A DNA stretch of 64,000 nucleotides from Eledone cirrhosa (taxonomy: Eukaryota), in contig OZ024740.1 in assembly GCA_964016885.1 (NCBI GenBank), forward strand, positions 295,430,001-295,494,000. The letters are read 5' to 3'. The notes below the pieces were generated by a model. It ran no database searches, was not told where the DNA came from, and saw only the letters and a program-made list of their open reading frames with translations. The position numbers and the translations under genes were made by a program. This document shows positions 52,874-64,000 of the stretch, piece by piece (the stretch's first letter is position 1; each line of letters opens with the position of its first letter).

Positions 52874-53960
52874 CTTTAGATAAATAAAAGATACGTCCAA
52901 GATCAACAAAAGCAGGTTGTGAAAATTCCGGTCTGCCAGTACCACTAGTCTGTAGCGGTGAATTGGCAGTATGAGTAGAGGGTCGTACGCCATGCTTTCC
53001 AGCATAGTTACGTTCCTTTACGTTCTGAGTTCAAATCCCGTTGAGATTAACTTTGCCTTTCATCCTTATGGGGTCGATAAAATAAAGTACCAGTAATGCA
53101 CTGGGTAATTGCTGGCCTTGTGCCAAAAGTAGAAACAATTATTAGTAAGATCGAGAGGAATAAGACAAGTTTAAAGCAGTGTGTTTATAATATAGACTCA
53201 TGTCCGAGTCATAACATGAAGGGCTTACTCTGCCACACTCTCCAGCTCGTCACAGAAAAGGCGACCATAATATATACAAGAATGGCTCTCATACATTCTT
53301 AGTGGGAATCAAATGAAAGTAGACATCCGTAAGCAATGGCGCTAACTAGTGAAATGAGTTACTCTGAGACCACATAAAAAGAAGAAATAAATAAAAAACA
53401 TGATGTTTTATGGAAAAGTAATAAAATGTTCTTCCCAAAAAATAATAAAACTCCTAGAATTCTATAACTACAGAAATATATGTATATACAAAGATAATAA
53501 ATGATATATTACAACAGGATCACAAGAACACAGCAACAATAATAATTTTCAGAATGAATATACAAAAAATAATGTAAGTTAAAACAATATGTGACATATT
53601 GTTTTACCTTACATTATTTTTTGTTTTAATTATATAATATATAGTATCGTTAATTATAATATGTAATAATAATAATATAATTTTCTATTTCAGAGCTCAG
53701 CTTTGGAAGAGAGGCTGCTTGCAAGTGTATGGACATATGATCGTGTGCATTCTTGCAAGAGCATGGAGGATGTGCGACATGACTTCATTGCAAGATTCGG
53801 TAAACCAGCTCCTATGAAGAGGACGATACTGCGATGGGAACATAAACTATTTCTCATTACTTTTGGTAGGGGGTGACAAGACTTTCGGACCACCTTGTAC
53901 AACAAATCAGTATAGAATAGGGTATCAGGAGAGTATATGGCAGAACAGGGATATAAATCA
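52874..53960 (+). repeat. Macro-repeat core, copy 8
   Basis: Near-identical to the other cores. Confidence 0.95.
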
Positions 53961-56900
53961 TTTTTTATTTGATGGATCCATTTTTTATTTGATGGATCCT
54001 TTTTATTTAGGTGATCCATTTTTTATTTAGGTGATCCATTTTTTATTTGATGGACCCATTTTTTATTTGATGGATCCTTTTTATTTAGGTGATCCATTTT
54101 TTATTTAGGTGATCCACTTTTTATTTGATGGATCCTTTTTTATTTAGGTGATCCATTTTTTATTTGATGGATCCATTTTTTATTTGATGGATCCTTTTTT
54201 TTATTTAGGTGATCCATCTTTTATTTGATGGATCCATTTTTTTATTTGATGGATCCTTTTTAATTTAGGTGATCCATTTTTTATATGATGGATCCTTTTT
54301 TATTTAGTTGATCCATTTTTTATTTGATGGATCCCTTTTTTATTTGATGGATCCTTTTTTATTTAGGTGATCCATTTTATATTTGATGGATCCATTTTTT
54401 ATTTGATGGATCCTTTTTTATTTAGGTGATCCATTTTTTATTTGATGGATCCATTTTTTATTTGATGGATGCTTTTTCATTTAGGTGATCCATTTTTTAT
54501 TTGATGGATCCATTTTTTATTTGATGGATCCTTTTTCATTTAGGTGATCCATTTTTTATTTGATGGATCCTTTTTTATTTAGGTGATCCATTTTTTATTT
54601 AATGGATTCATTTTTTATTTCATGGATTTTTTTTATTTAGGTGATCAATTTTTATTTGATGTATCCTTTTTTATTTAGGTGATCCATTTTTTATTTGATG
54701 GATCCATTTTTTTATTTAGGGTATCCATTTTTTATTTGATGGATCCATTTTTATTAAGGTGATCCATTTTTTATTTGATGGATCCTTTTTTATTTAGGTG
54801 ATCCATTTTTTATTTGATGGATCCATTTTTTATTTGATGCATCCTTTTTTATTTAGGTGATCCATTTTTTATTTGATGGATCCATTTTTTATTTGATGGA
54901 TCCTTTTTAATTTAGGTGATCCATTTTTTATTTGATGGATCAATTTTTTATTTGATGGATCCTTTTTTATTTAGGTGATCCATTTTTTATTTGATGGATC
55001 CAAATTTTTATTTGATGGATCCTTTTTTATTTAGGTGATCCATTTTTTATTTGATGGATCCATTTTTTATTTGATGGATCATTTTTCATTTAGGTGATCC
55101 ATTTTTTATTTGATGGATCCTTTTTTATTTAGGTGATCCATTTTTTATTTAATGGATCCATTTTTTATTTGATGGATCCTTTTTTATTTAGGTGATCCAT
55201 TTTTATTTGATGCATCCTTTTTTATTTAGGTGATCCATTTTTTATTTGATGGATCCTTTTTTTTTATTTAGGTGATCCATTTTTTATTTGATGGATCCAT
55301 TTTTATTTAGGTGATCCATTTTTTATTTGATGGATCCTTTTTTATTTAGGTGATCCATTTTTTATTTGATGGATCCATTTTTTATTTGATGGATCCTTTT
55401 TCATTTAGGTGATCCATTTTTTATTTGATCGATCCTTTTTTATTTAGGTGATCCATTTTTTATTTAATGGATCCATTTTTTATTTGATGGATGCTTTTTT
55501 ATTTAGGTGATCCATTTTTATTTGATGCATCCTTTTTTATTTAGGTGATCCATTTTTTATTTAATGGATTCATTTTTTATTTCATGGATTTTTTTTATTT
55601 AGGTGATCAATTTTTATTTGATGTATCCTTTTTTATTTAGGTGATCCATTTTTTATTTGATGGATCCATTTTTTTATTTAGGGTATCCATTTTTTATTTG
55701 ATGGATCCATTTTTATTAAGGTGATCCATTTTTTATTTGATGGATCCTTTTTTATTTAGGTGATCCATTTTTTATTTGATGGATCCATTTTTTATTTGAT
55801 GCATCCTTTTTTATTTAGGTGATCCATTTTTTATTTGATGGATCCATTTTTTATTTGATGGATCCTTTTTAATTTAGGTGATCCATTTTTTATTTGATGG
55901 ATCAATTTTTTATTTGATGGATCCTTTTTTATTTAGGTGATCCATTTTTTATTTGATGGATCCAAATTTTTATTTGATGGATCCTTTTTTATTTAGGTGA
56001 TCCATTTTTTATTTGATGGATCCATTTTTTATTTGATGGATCATTTTTCATTTAGGTGATCCATTTTTTATTTGATGGATCCTTTTTTATTTAGGTGATC
56101 CATTTTTTATTTAATGGATCCATTTTTTATTTGATGGATCCTTTTTTATTTAGGTGATCCATTTTTATTTGATGCATCCTTTTTTATTTAGGTGATCCAT
56201 TTTTTATTTGATGGATCCTTTTTTTTTATTTAGGTGATCCATTTTTTATTTGATGGATCCATTTTTATTTAGGTGATCCATTTTTTATTTGATGGATCCT
56301 TTTTTATTTAGGTGATCCATTTTTTATTTGATGGATCCATTTTTTATTTGATGGATCCTTTTTCATTTAGGTGATCCATTTTTTATTTGATCGATCCTTT
56401 TTTATTTAGGTGATCCATTTTTTATTTAATGGATCCATTTTTTATTTGATGGATGCTTTTTTATTTAGGTGATCCATTTTTATTTGATGCATCCTTTTTT
56501 ATTTAGGTGATCCATTTTTTATTTGATGGATCCATTTTTTTATTTAGGTGATCCATTTTTTATTTGATGGATCCATTTTTATTTAGGTGATCCATTTTTT
56601 ATTTGATGGATCCTTTTTTATTTAGGTGATCCATTTTTTATTTGATGGATCCATTTTTTATTTGATGGATCCTTTTTTATTTAGGTGATCCATTTTTTAT
56701 TTGATGGATCCATTTTTTATTTGATGGATCCTTTTTTATTTAGGTGATCCATTTTTTATTTGATGGATCCATTTTTTATTTGATGGATCCTTTTTCATTT
56801 AGGTGATCCATTTTTTATTTGATGGATCCTTTTTTATTTAGGTGATCCATTTTTTATTTAATGGATCCATTTTTTATTTGATGGATCCTTTTTATTTAGG

Positions 56901-57338
56901 TGATCCATTTTTATTTGATGCATCCTTTTTTATTTAGGTGATCCATTTTTTATTTGATGGATCCATTTTTTTATTTAGGTGATCCATTTTTTATTTAATG
57001 GATCCATTTTTATTTAGGTGATCCATTTTTTATTTGATGGATCCTTTTTTATTTAGGTGATCCATTTTTTATTTGATGGATCCATTTTTTATTTGATGGA
57101 TCCTTTTTTATTTAGGCGATCAAATAAAAAATGGATCCATCAAATAAAAAATGGATCACCTAAATAAAAAAGGATCCATCAAATAAAATATGGATCCATC
57201 AAATAAAAAATGGATTACCTAAATAAAAAAGGATCCATCAAATAAAAAATGGATCACCTAAATAAAAAAGGATCCATCAAATAAAAAATGGATCACCTAA
57301 ATAAAAAAGGATCCATCAAATAAAAAATGGATCACCTA

Positions 57339-59325
57339 CTTTAGATAAATAAAAGATACGTCCAAGATCAACAAAAGCAGGTTGTGAAAATTCCGGTCTG
57401 CCAGTACCACTAATCTGTAGCGGTGAATTGGTAGTATGAGTAGAGGGTCGTACGCCATGCTTTCCAGCATAGTTACGTTCCTTTACGTTCTGAGTTCAAA
57501 TCCCGTTGAGATTAACTTTGCCTTTCATCCTTATGGGGTCGATAAAATAAAGTACCAGTAATGCACTGGGTAATTGCTGGCCTTGTGCCAAAAGTAGAAA
57601 CAATTATTAGTAAGATCGAGAGGAATAAGACAAGTTTAAAGCAGTGTGTTTATAATATAGACTCATGTCCGAGTCATAACATGAAGGGCTTACTCTGCCA
57701 CACTCTCCAGCTCGTCACAGAAAAGGCGACCATAATATATACAAGAATGTCTCTCATACATTCTTAGTGGGAATCAAATGAAAGTAGACATCCGTAAGCA
57801 ATGGCGCTAACTAGTGAAATGAGTTACTCTGAGACCACATAAAAAGAAGAAATAAATAAAAAAACATGATGTTTTATGGAAAAGTAATAAAATGTTCTTC
57901 ACAAAAAATAATAAAACTCCTAGAATTCTATAACTACAGAAATATATGTATATACAAAGATAATAAATGATATATTACAACAGGATCACAAGAACACAGC
58001 AACAATAATAATTTTCAGAATGAATATACAAAAAATAATGTAAGTTAAAACAATATGTGACATATTGTTTTAACTTACATTATTTTTTGTTTTAATTATA
58101 TAATATATAGTATCGTTAATTATAATATGTAATAATAATAATATAATTTTCTATTTCAGAGCTCAGCTTTGGAAGAGAGGCTGCTTGCAAGTGTATGGAC
58201 ATATGATCGTGTGCATTCTAGCAAGAGCATGGAGGATGTGCGACATGACTTCATTGCAAGATTCGGTAAACCAGCTCCTATGAAGAGGACGATACTGCGA
58301 TGGGAACATAAACTATTTCTCATTACTTTTGGTAGGGGGTGACAAGACTTTCGGACCACCTTGTACAACAAATCAGTATAGAATAGGGTATCAGGAGAGT
58401 ATATGGTAGAACAGGGATATAAATCACGACTCTTGACTTCACCACGAAATATTGAAGTTGCTAGGGTGCGGTTCCGATACATATTTTAATTACTGATTAT
58501 TGCATAATTCATTACTTCAATGAATCTGACACTTTACTAAATTACTATTGATTGATTCTATATGTAATAAAATAAATCTGGGAAATTTGGATTATTTTGT
58601 AATTTCGCTTTAATATCTTGATCATTTGTTAGAATAACACGTACCAACAATATACAATATATCAGTTTGGAATGCATACACATACAACCACCAAAGCAAA
58701 TGTACAGTAATAAGAAAGATTAATCAGAAAGAAAAATACACACAAAAAAAGAAAGACATGTACACTCCCACAATTATACACTACAACAGCGAATGATGAT
58801 GTTTTCTTCTAAAAATAAGGATGGGAGCATGACTGTACGAGTATCACCTCATACTTTAGTAAGACGAGCAGCTAACAATGACAAAAACTTTGTTATCAGC
58901 TGTCCAGCTTACCTGAATGTCTCCAATGCAACGTGCGGAAAGAGTAATTCACCAACTACAGTATTTCAACAACTTGCTCGGCTATAGATGCAGAATTCCC
59001 CCACATCCATATAAATTATAACACAAACTTCCTAAAGAAGTATTATATTTTAGTTCTAATATTTCAGTGCAAAATACAACAATGCCATCGCACAAACAAT
59101 GAGATTCGTGGAGCTACAAAGCCAATTTCTTATATATCGGATCCTTGGCAAGGTAGTACAAGAGGAGGGTATTACCAGTTTAAAAGAAGCTCTACAGGAA
59201 CGGAAGTGCAAACAGCTGAACCTGTCCGAGATCGCCAAGTACCTATGCACATTAGACATGTGGGCATATTTCGAACAGCTGCTATCCGTGTGGTTTTTTC
59301 GACTTTGTATTGTTCTCAGCATTTA
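57339..59325 (+). repeat. Macro-repeat core, copy 9, extended by ~900 bp of single-copy sequence
   Basis: The shared part ends at 58426 (ATAAATCA) and continues CGACTCTTG... instead of entering satellite. Confidence 0.9.
58028..58090. other. Perfect 63-bp palindrome (31-bp arms, 1-nt spacer); near-perfect copies in all cores
   Basis: ACAAAAAATAATGTAAGTTAAAACAATATGT-G-ACATATTGTTTTAACTTACATTATTTTTTGT; the copy 1 equivalent is at 22188-22250. Confidence 0.92.
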
Positions 59326-59353
59326 TTATTTTAGTGATCCATTTTTTGGTTGA
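59068..59353 (+). other. Exon-like open frame of unknown identity
   Basis: Follows acceptor-like TTTTAGTTCTAATATTTCAG, is GC-richer than its flanks, and reads AKYNNAIAQTMRFVELQSQFLIYRILGKVVQEEGITSLKEALQERKCKQLNLSEIAKYLCTLDMWAYFEQLLS... Confidence 0.3.
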
Positions 59354-59424
59354 TTGATTCAATTTTTATTTGATGGATTGATTTTTTATTTGGGTGACCC
59401 ATTTTGTTTTAGATGGATGCATTT

Positions 59425-59770
59425 GAGTGCCGGATCAAAAACAATAAGTGTCAGCGCCGGATTAAAAAACATAAGGATAATGCTGGATTATAACTTGTTA
59501 GTGCGGATTAAACACACAAATGATCGGTACCAGATTAAAAATAGTAAGGTTAAGTGCCGGATTAAAATTAATAGGGCTAAGTGGCGGATTAAAAATAAGG
59601 GTCAATGCCGGATTTAAAATAATAAGCATCAGTGCCGGATTTAAAATAATAATGGTCAATGCTGGATTTAAACAAATAAGGATCAGTGCCAAATAAAAGA
59701 GTGTCAATGCCGGACAAAAGTGCCAGTGTCGGATTAAAAACACTATGGATTAGTGCTAGGTTAAAATGTG
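59425..59770 (+). repeat. Second 24-27-bp AGTGCCGGATTAAAA array
   Basis: Same consensus and orientation as 14972-15600; preceded by a few degenerate satellite monomers (59326-59424). Confidence 0.9.
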
Positions 59771-62700
59771 TGGTGATCCATTTTTTATTTGATGGATCCA
59801 TTTTTTATTTGATGGATACTTTTTTATTTAGGTGATCCATTTTTAATATGATGGATCCATTTTTTATTTGATGGATCCTTTTTTATTTAGGTGATCCATT
59901 TTTTATTTGATGGATCCTTTTTTATTTAGGTGATCCATTTTTTATTTGATGGATCCTTTTTTATTTAGGTGATCCATTTTTTATTTGATGGATCCATTTT
60001 TTATTTGATGGATCCTTTTTTATTTAGGTGATCCATTTTTTATTTGATGGATCCTTTTGATTTATGTGATCCATTTTATATTTGATGGATCCATTTTTTT
60101 TATTTAGGTGATCCATTTTTTATTTAGGTGATCCATTTTTTATTTGATGGATCCTTTTTTATTTAGGTGATCCATTTTTTATTTGATGGATCCATTTTTT
60201 ATTTGATGGATCCTTTTTTATTTAGGTGATCCATTTTTTATTTGATGGATCCATTTTTACTTGATGGATCCTTTTTTATTTAGGTGATCCATTTTTTATT
60301 TGATGGATCCTTTTTATATTTAGGTGATCCATTTTTTTTATTTGATGGATCCATTTTTTATTTGATGGATCTTTTTTATTTAGGTGATCCATTTTTTATT
60401 TGATGGATCCTTTTTTATTTAGGTGATCCAATTTTTATTTGATGGATCCATTTTTTATTTAGATGATCCATTTTTTATTTGATGGATCCATTTTTATTTA
60501 GGTGATCCATTTTATATTTGAAGGATCCATTTTTTATTTAGGTGATCCATTTTTTATTTAGGTGATCCATTTTTTATTTGATGGATCCTTTTTTATTTAG
60601 GTGATCCATTTTTTATTTGATGGATCCATTTTTTATTTGATGGATCCTTTTTTATTTAGGTGATCCATATTTTATTTGTTGGATCCATTTTTTATTTGAT
60701 GGATCCTTTTTTATTTAGGTGATCCATTTTTTTATTTGATGGATCCTTTTTATTTAGGTGATCCATTTTTTATTTGACGGATCCTTTTTATTTAGGTCAT
60801 CCATTTTTTTTATGGATCCATTTTTTATTTGATGGATCCTTTTTTTATTTAGGTGATCCATTTTTTATTTGATGAATACTTTTTTATTTAGGTGATACAT
60901 TTTTGATTTGATGGATCCATTTTTTATTTAGGTGATCCATTTTTATTTAGGTGATCCATATTATATTTGATGGATCCATTTTTTTTATTTAGGTGATCCA
61001 TTTTTTATTTAGGTGATCTATTTTTTATTTGATGGATCCTTTTTTATTTAGGTGATCCATTTTTTATTTGTTGGATCCATTTTTTATTTGATGAATCCTT
61101 ATTTATTTAGGTGATCCATATTTTATTTGTTGGATCCATTTTTTATTTGATGGATCCTTTTTTAATTAGGTTATCCATTTTTTTATTTGATGGATCCTTT
61201 TTATTTAGGTGAACCATTTTTTATTTGACGGATATTTTTTATTTAGGTGATCCATTTTTTATTTGATGGATCCTTTTTTATTTAGGTGATCCATTTTTTA
61301 TTTGATGGATCCATTTTTTATTTGATGGATCCTTTTTATTTAGGTGATCCATTTTTATTTGATGGATCCATTTTTTATTTGATGGATCCTTTTTTATTTA
61401 GGTGATCCATTTTTTATTTGATGGATCCTTTTTTATTTAGGTGATCCATTTTTTATTTGATGTATCCATTTTTTATTTGATGGATCCATTTTTTATTTGA
61501 TGGATCCATTTTTATTTAGGTGAACCATTTTTTATTTGATGGATCCTTCTTTATTTAGGTGATCCATTTTTATTTGATGGATCCATTTTTTATCTAGCTG
61601 ATCCATTTTTTATTTGATGGATCCTTTGTATTAAGGTGAACCATTTTTTATTTGATGGATCCTTTTTTTATTTAGGTGATCCATTTTTTATTTGATGGAT
61701 CCATTTTTTATTTGATGGATCCTTTTTTATTTAGGCGATCAAATAAAAAATGGATCACGTAAATAAAAAAGGATCCATGAAATAAAAAATGGATCCATCA
61801 AATAAAAAATGGATCACCTAAATAAAAAAGGATCCATCAAATAAAATATGGATACATAAAATAAAAAATGGATTACCTAAATAAAAAATGATCCATCAAA
61901 TAAAATATGGATCACCTAAATAAAAAAATGGATCCATCAAATAAAAAATGGATCCATCAAATAAAAAATGGATCCATCAAATAAAAAATGGATCACCTAA
62001 ATAAAAAAGGATCCATCAAATAAAAAATGGATCACCTAAATAAAAAGGATCCATTAAATAAAAAATGGATCACCTAATGTGAACAACAAATCAGTATAGA
62101 ATAGGGTATCAGGAGAGTATATGGTAGAACAGGGATATAAATCATTTTTTATTTGACGGATCCATTTTTATTTAGGTGATGGATCACCTAAATAAAAGGA
62201 TCCATTAAATAAAAAATGGATCACCTAATTTGTACAACAAATCAGTATAGAATAGGGTATCAGGAGAGTATATGGTAGAACAGGGATATAAATCATTTTT
62301 TATTTGATGGATCCATTTTTATTTAGGTGATCCATTTTATATTTGATGGATCCATTTTTTTATTTAGGTGATCCATTATTTATTTAGGTGATCCATTTTT
62401 TATTTGATGGATCCTTTTTTTATTTAGGTGATACATTTTTTATTTGATGGATCCATTTTTTATTTGATGGATCCTTTTTTATTTAGGTGATCCATTTTTT
62501 ATTTGATGGATCCATTTTTTATTTGATGGATCCTTTTTTATTTAGGTGATCCATTATTTATTTGATGGATCCTTTTATATTTAGGTGATCCATTTTTTTA
62601 TTTGCTGGATCCATTTTTTATTTGATGGATCCTTTTTTATTTAGGTGATCCATTTTTTATTTGATGGATCCTTTTTTATTTAGGTGATCCATTTTTTATT

Positions 62701-64000
62701 TGATGGATCCATTTTTTATTTGATGGATCCTTTTTTATTTAGGTGATCCATTATTTATTTGATGGATTCTTTTTTATTTAGGTGATCCATTTTTTATATG
62801 ATGGATCCACTTTTTATTTGATGGATCCTTTTTTATTTAGGTGATCCATTTTTTATTTGATGGATCCTTTTTTATTTAGGTGATCCATTTTTTATTTGAT
62901 GGATCCTTTTTATTTAGGTGATCCATTTTATATTTGATGGATCCTTTTTTATTTAGGTGATCCATTTTTTATTTGGTGGATCCATTTTTTATTTGATGGA
63001 TCCTTTTTTATTTAGGTGATCCATTTTTTATTTGATGGATCCATTTTTTATTTGATGGATCCTTTTTTATTTAGTTGATCCATTTTTTATTTGATGGATC
63101 CTTTTTTATTTAGGTGATCCATTTTTTATTTGATGGATCCTTTTTTATTTAGGTGATCCATTTTTTATTTGATGTATCCATTTTTTATTTGATGGATCCA
63201 TTTTTTATTTGATGGATCCATTTTTATTTAGGTGAACCATTTTTTATTTGATGGATCCTTCTTTATTTAGGTGATCCATTTTTATTTGATGGATCCATTT
63301 TTTATCTAGCTGATCCATTTTTTATTTGATGGATCCTTTGTATTAAGGTGAACCATTTTTTATTTGATGGATCCTTTTTTTATTTAGGTGATCCATTTTT
63401 TATTTGATGGATCCATTTTTTATTTGATGGATCCTTTTTTATTTAGGCGATCAAATAAAAAATGGATCACGTAAATAAAAAAGGATCCATGAAATAAAAA
63501 ATGGATCCATCAAATAAAAAATGGATCACCTAAATAAAAAAGGATCCATCAAATAAAATATGGATACATAAAATAAAAAATGGATTACCTAAATAAAAAA
63601 TGATCCATCAAATAAAATATGGATCACCTAAATAAAAAAATGGATCCATCAAATAAAAAATGGATCCATCAAATAAAAAATGGATCCATCAAATAAAAAA
63701 TGGATCACCTAAATAAAAAAGGATCCATCAAATAAAAAATGGATCACCTAAATAAAAAGGATCCATTAAATAAAAAATGGATCACCTAATGTGAACAACA
63801 AATCAGTATAGAATAGGGTATCAGGAGAGTATATGGTAGAACAGGGATATAAATCATTTTTTATTTGACGGATCCATTTTTATTTAGGTGATGGATCACC
63901 TAAATAAAAGGATCCATTAAATAAAAAATGGATCACCTAATTTGTACAACAAATCAGTATAGAATAGGGTATCAGGAGAGTATATGGTAGAACAGGGATA
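59771..64000. repeat. 19/20-bp GATC satellite with inversions and 65-bp mini-cores; 1712-bp tandem duplication
   Basis: Flips near 61737, 62180, 63449 and 63892. Mini-cores start at ~62078, 62229, 63790 and 63941. CACCTAATGTGAACAAC occurs at 62071 and 63783. Confidence 0.95.

Larger units (their letters stand above)
15601..57338. repeat. 19/20-bp GATC satellite in alternating orientation blocks, interrupted by ~1.09-kb cores
   Basis: Monomers GATCCATTTTTTATTTGATG (20 bp) and GATCCTTTTTTATTTAGGT (19 bp), mostly as 39- and 59-bp multimers. T-rich to A-rich flips occur near 17210, 24596, 27616, 32870, 35699, 42254, 47502, 52514 and 57118. Confidence 0.97.

Noticed and set aside
15601-64000. CRISPR-like array of short repeats with interspersed sequence
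   Set aside because: Monomers are contiguous with no unique spacers, the interspersed cores are copies of each other, the context is eukaryotic and there are no cas genes.

Overview
Eukaryotic, repeat-dominated window with no recognisable host gene. SINE fragments resembling the tRNA-derived Nin-domain and CORE-like SINEs I recall from octopus suggest a cephalopod or other mollusc; this is inference. Positions 1-15 kb: (i) a very young ~9.8-kb back-to-back, quasi-palindromic insertion of tandem Penelope-like retroelements (RT plus C-terminal GIY-YIG; two intact ~860-aa ORFs, two 5'-truncated copies, four minimal hammerhead-like motifs) inside a (TA)n tract that is itself flanked by inverted 25-bp MITE ends; (ii) an older, decayed second Penelope-like element with its own hammerhead; (iii) SINE and RTE remnants and microsatellites. 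Positions 15-64 kb: a compound array made of a 24-27-bp repeat and a GATC-containing 19/20-bp satellite that flips orientation repeatedly at a stereotyped junction. Each of nine ~1.09-kb cores, and four 65-bp mini-cores, therefore sits between inverted satellite arms, like a tandem array of foldback elements. Each core carries a SINE fragment, a 63-bp palindrome and a splice-acceptor-led 60-codon frame resembling the N-terminal HTH of Tc1/mariner (DD41D/DUF4817-type) transposases. All calls were made by eye; no searches were run.
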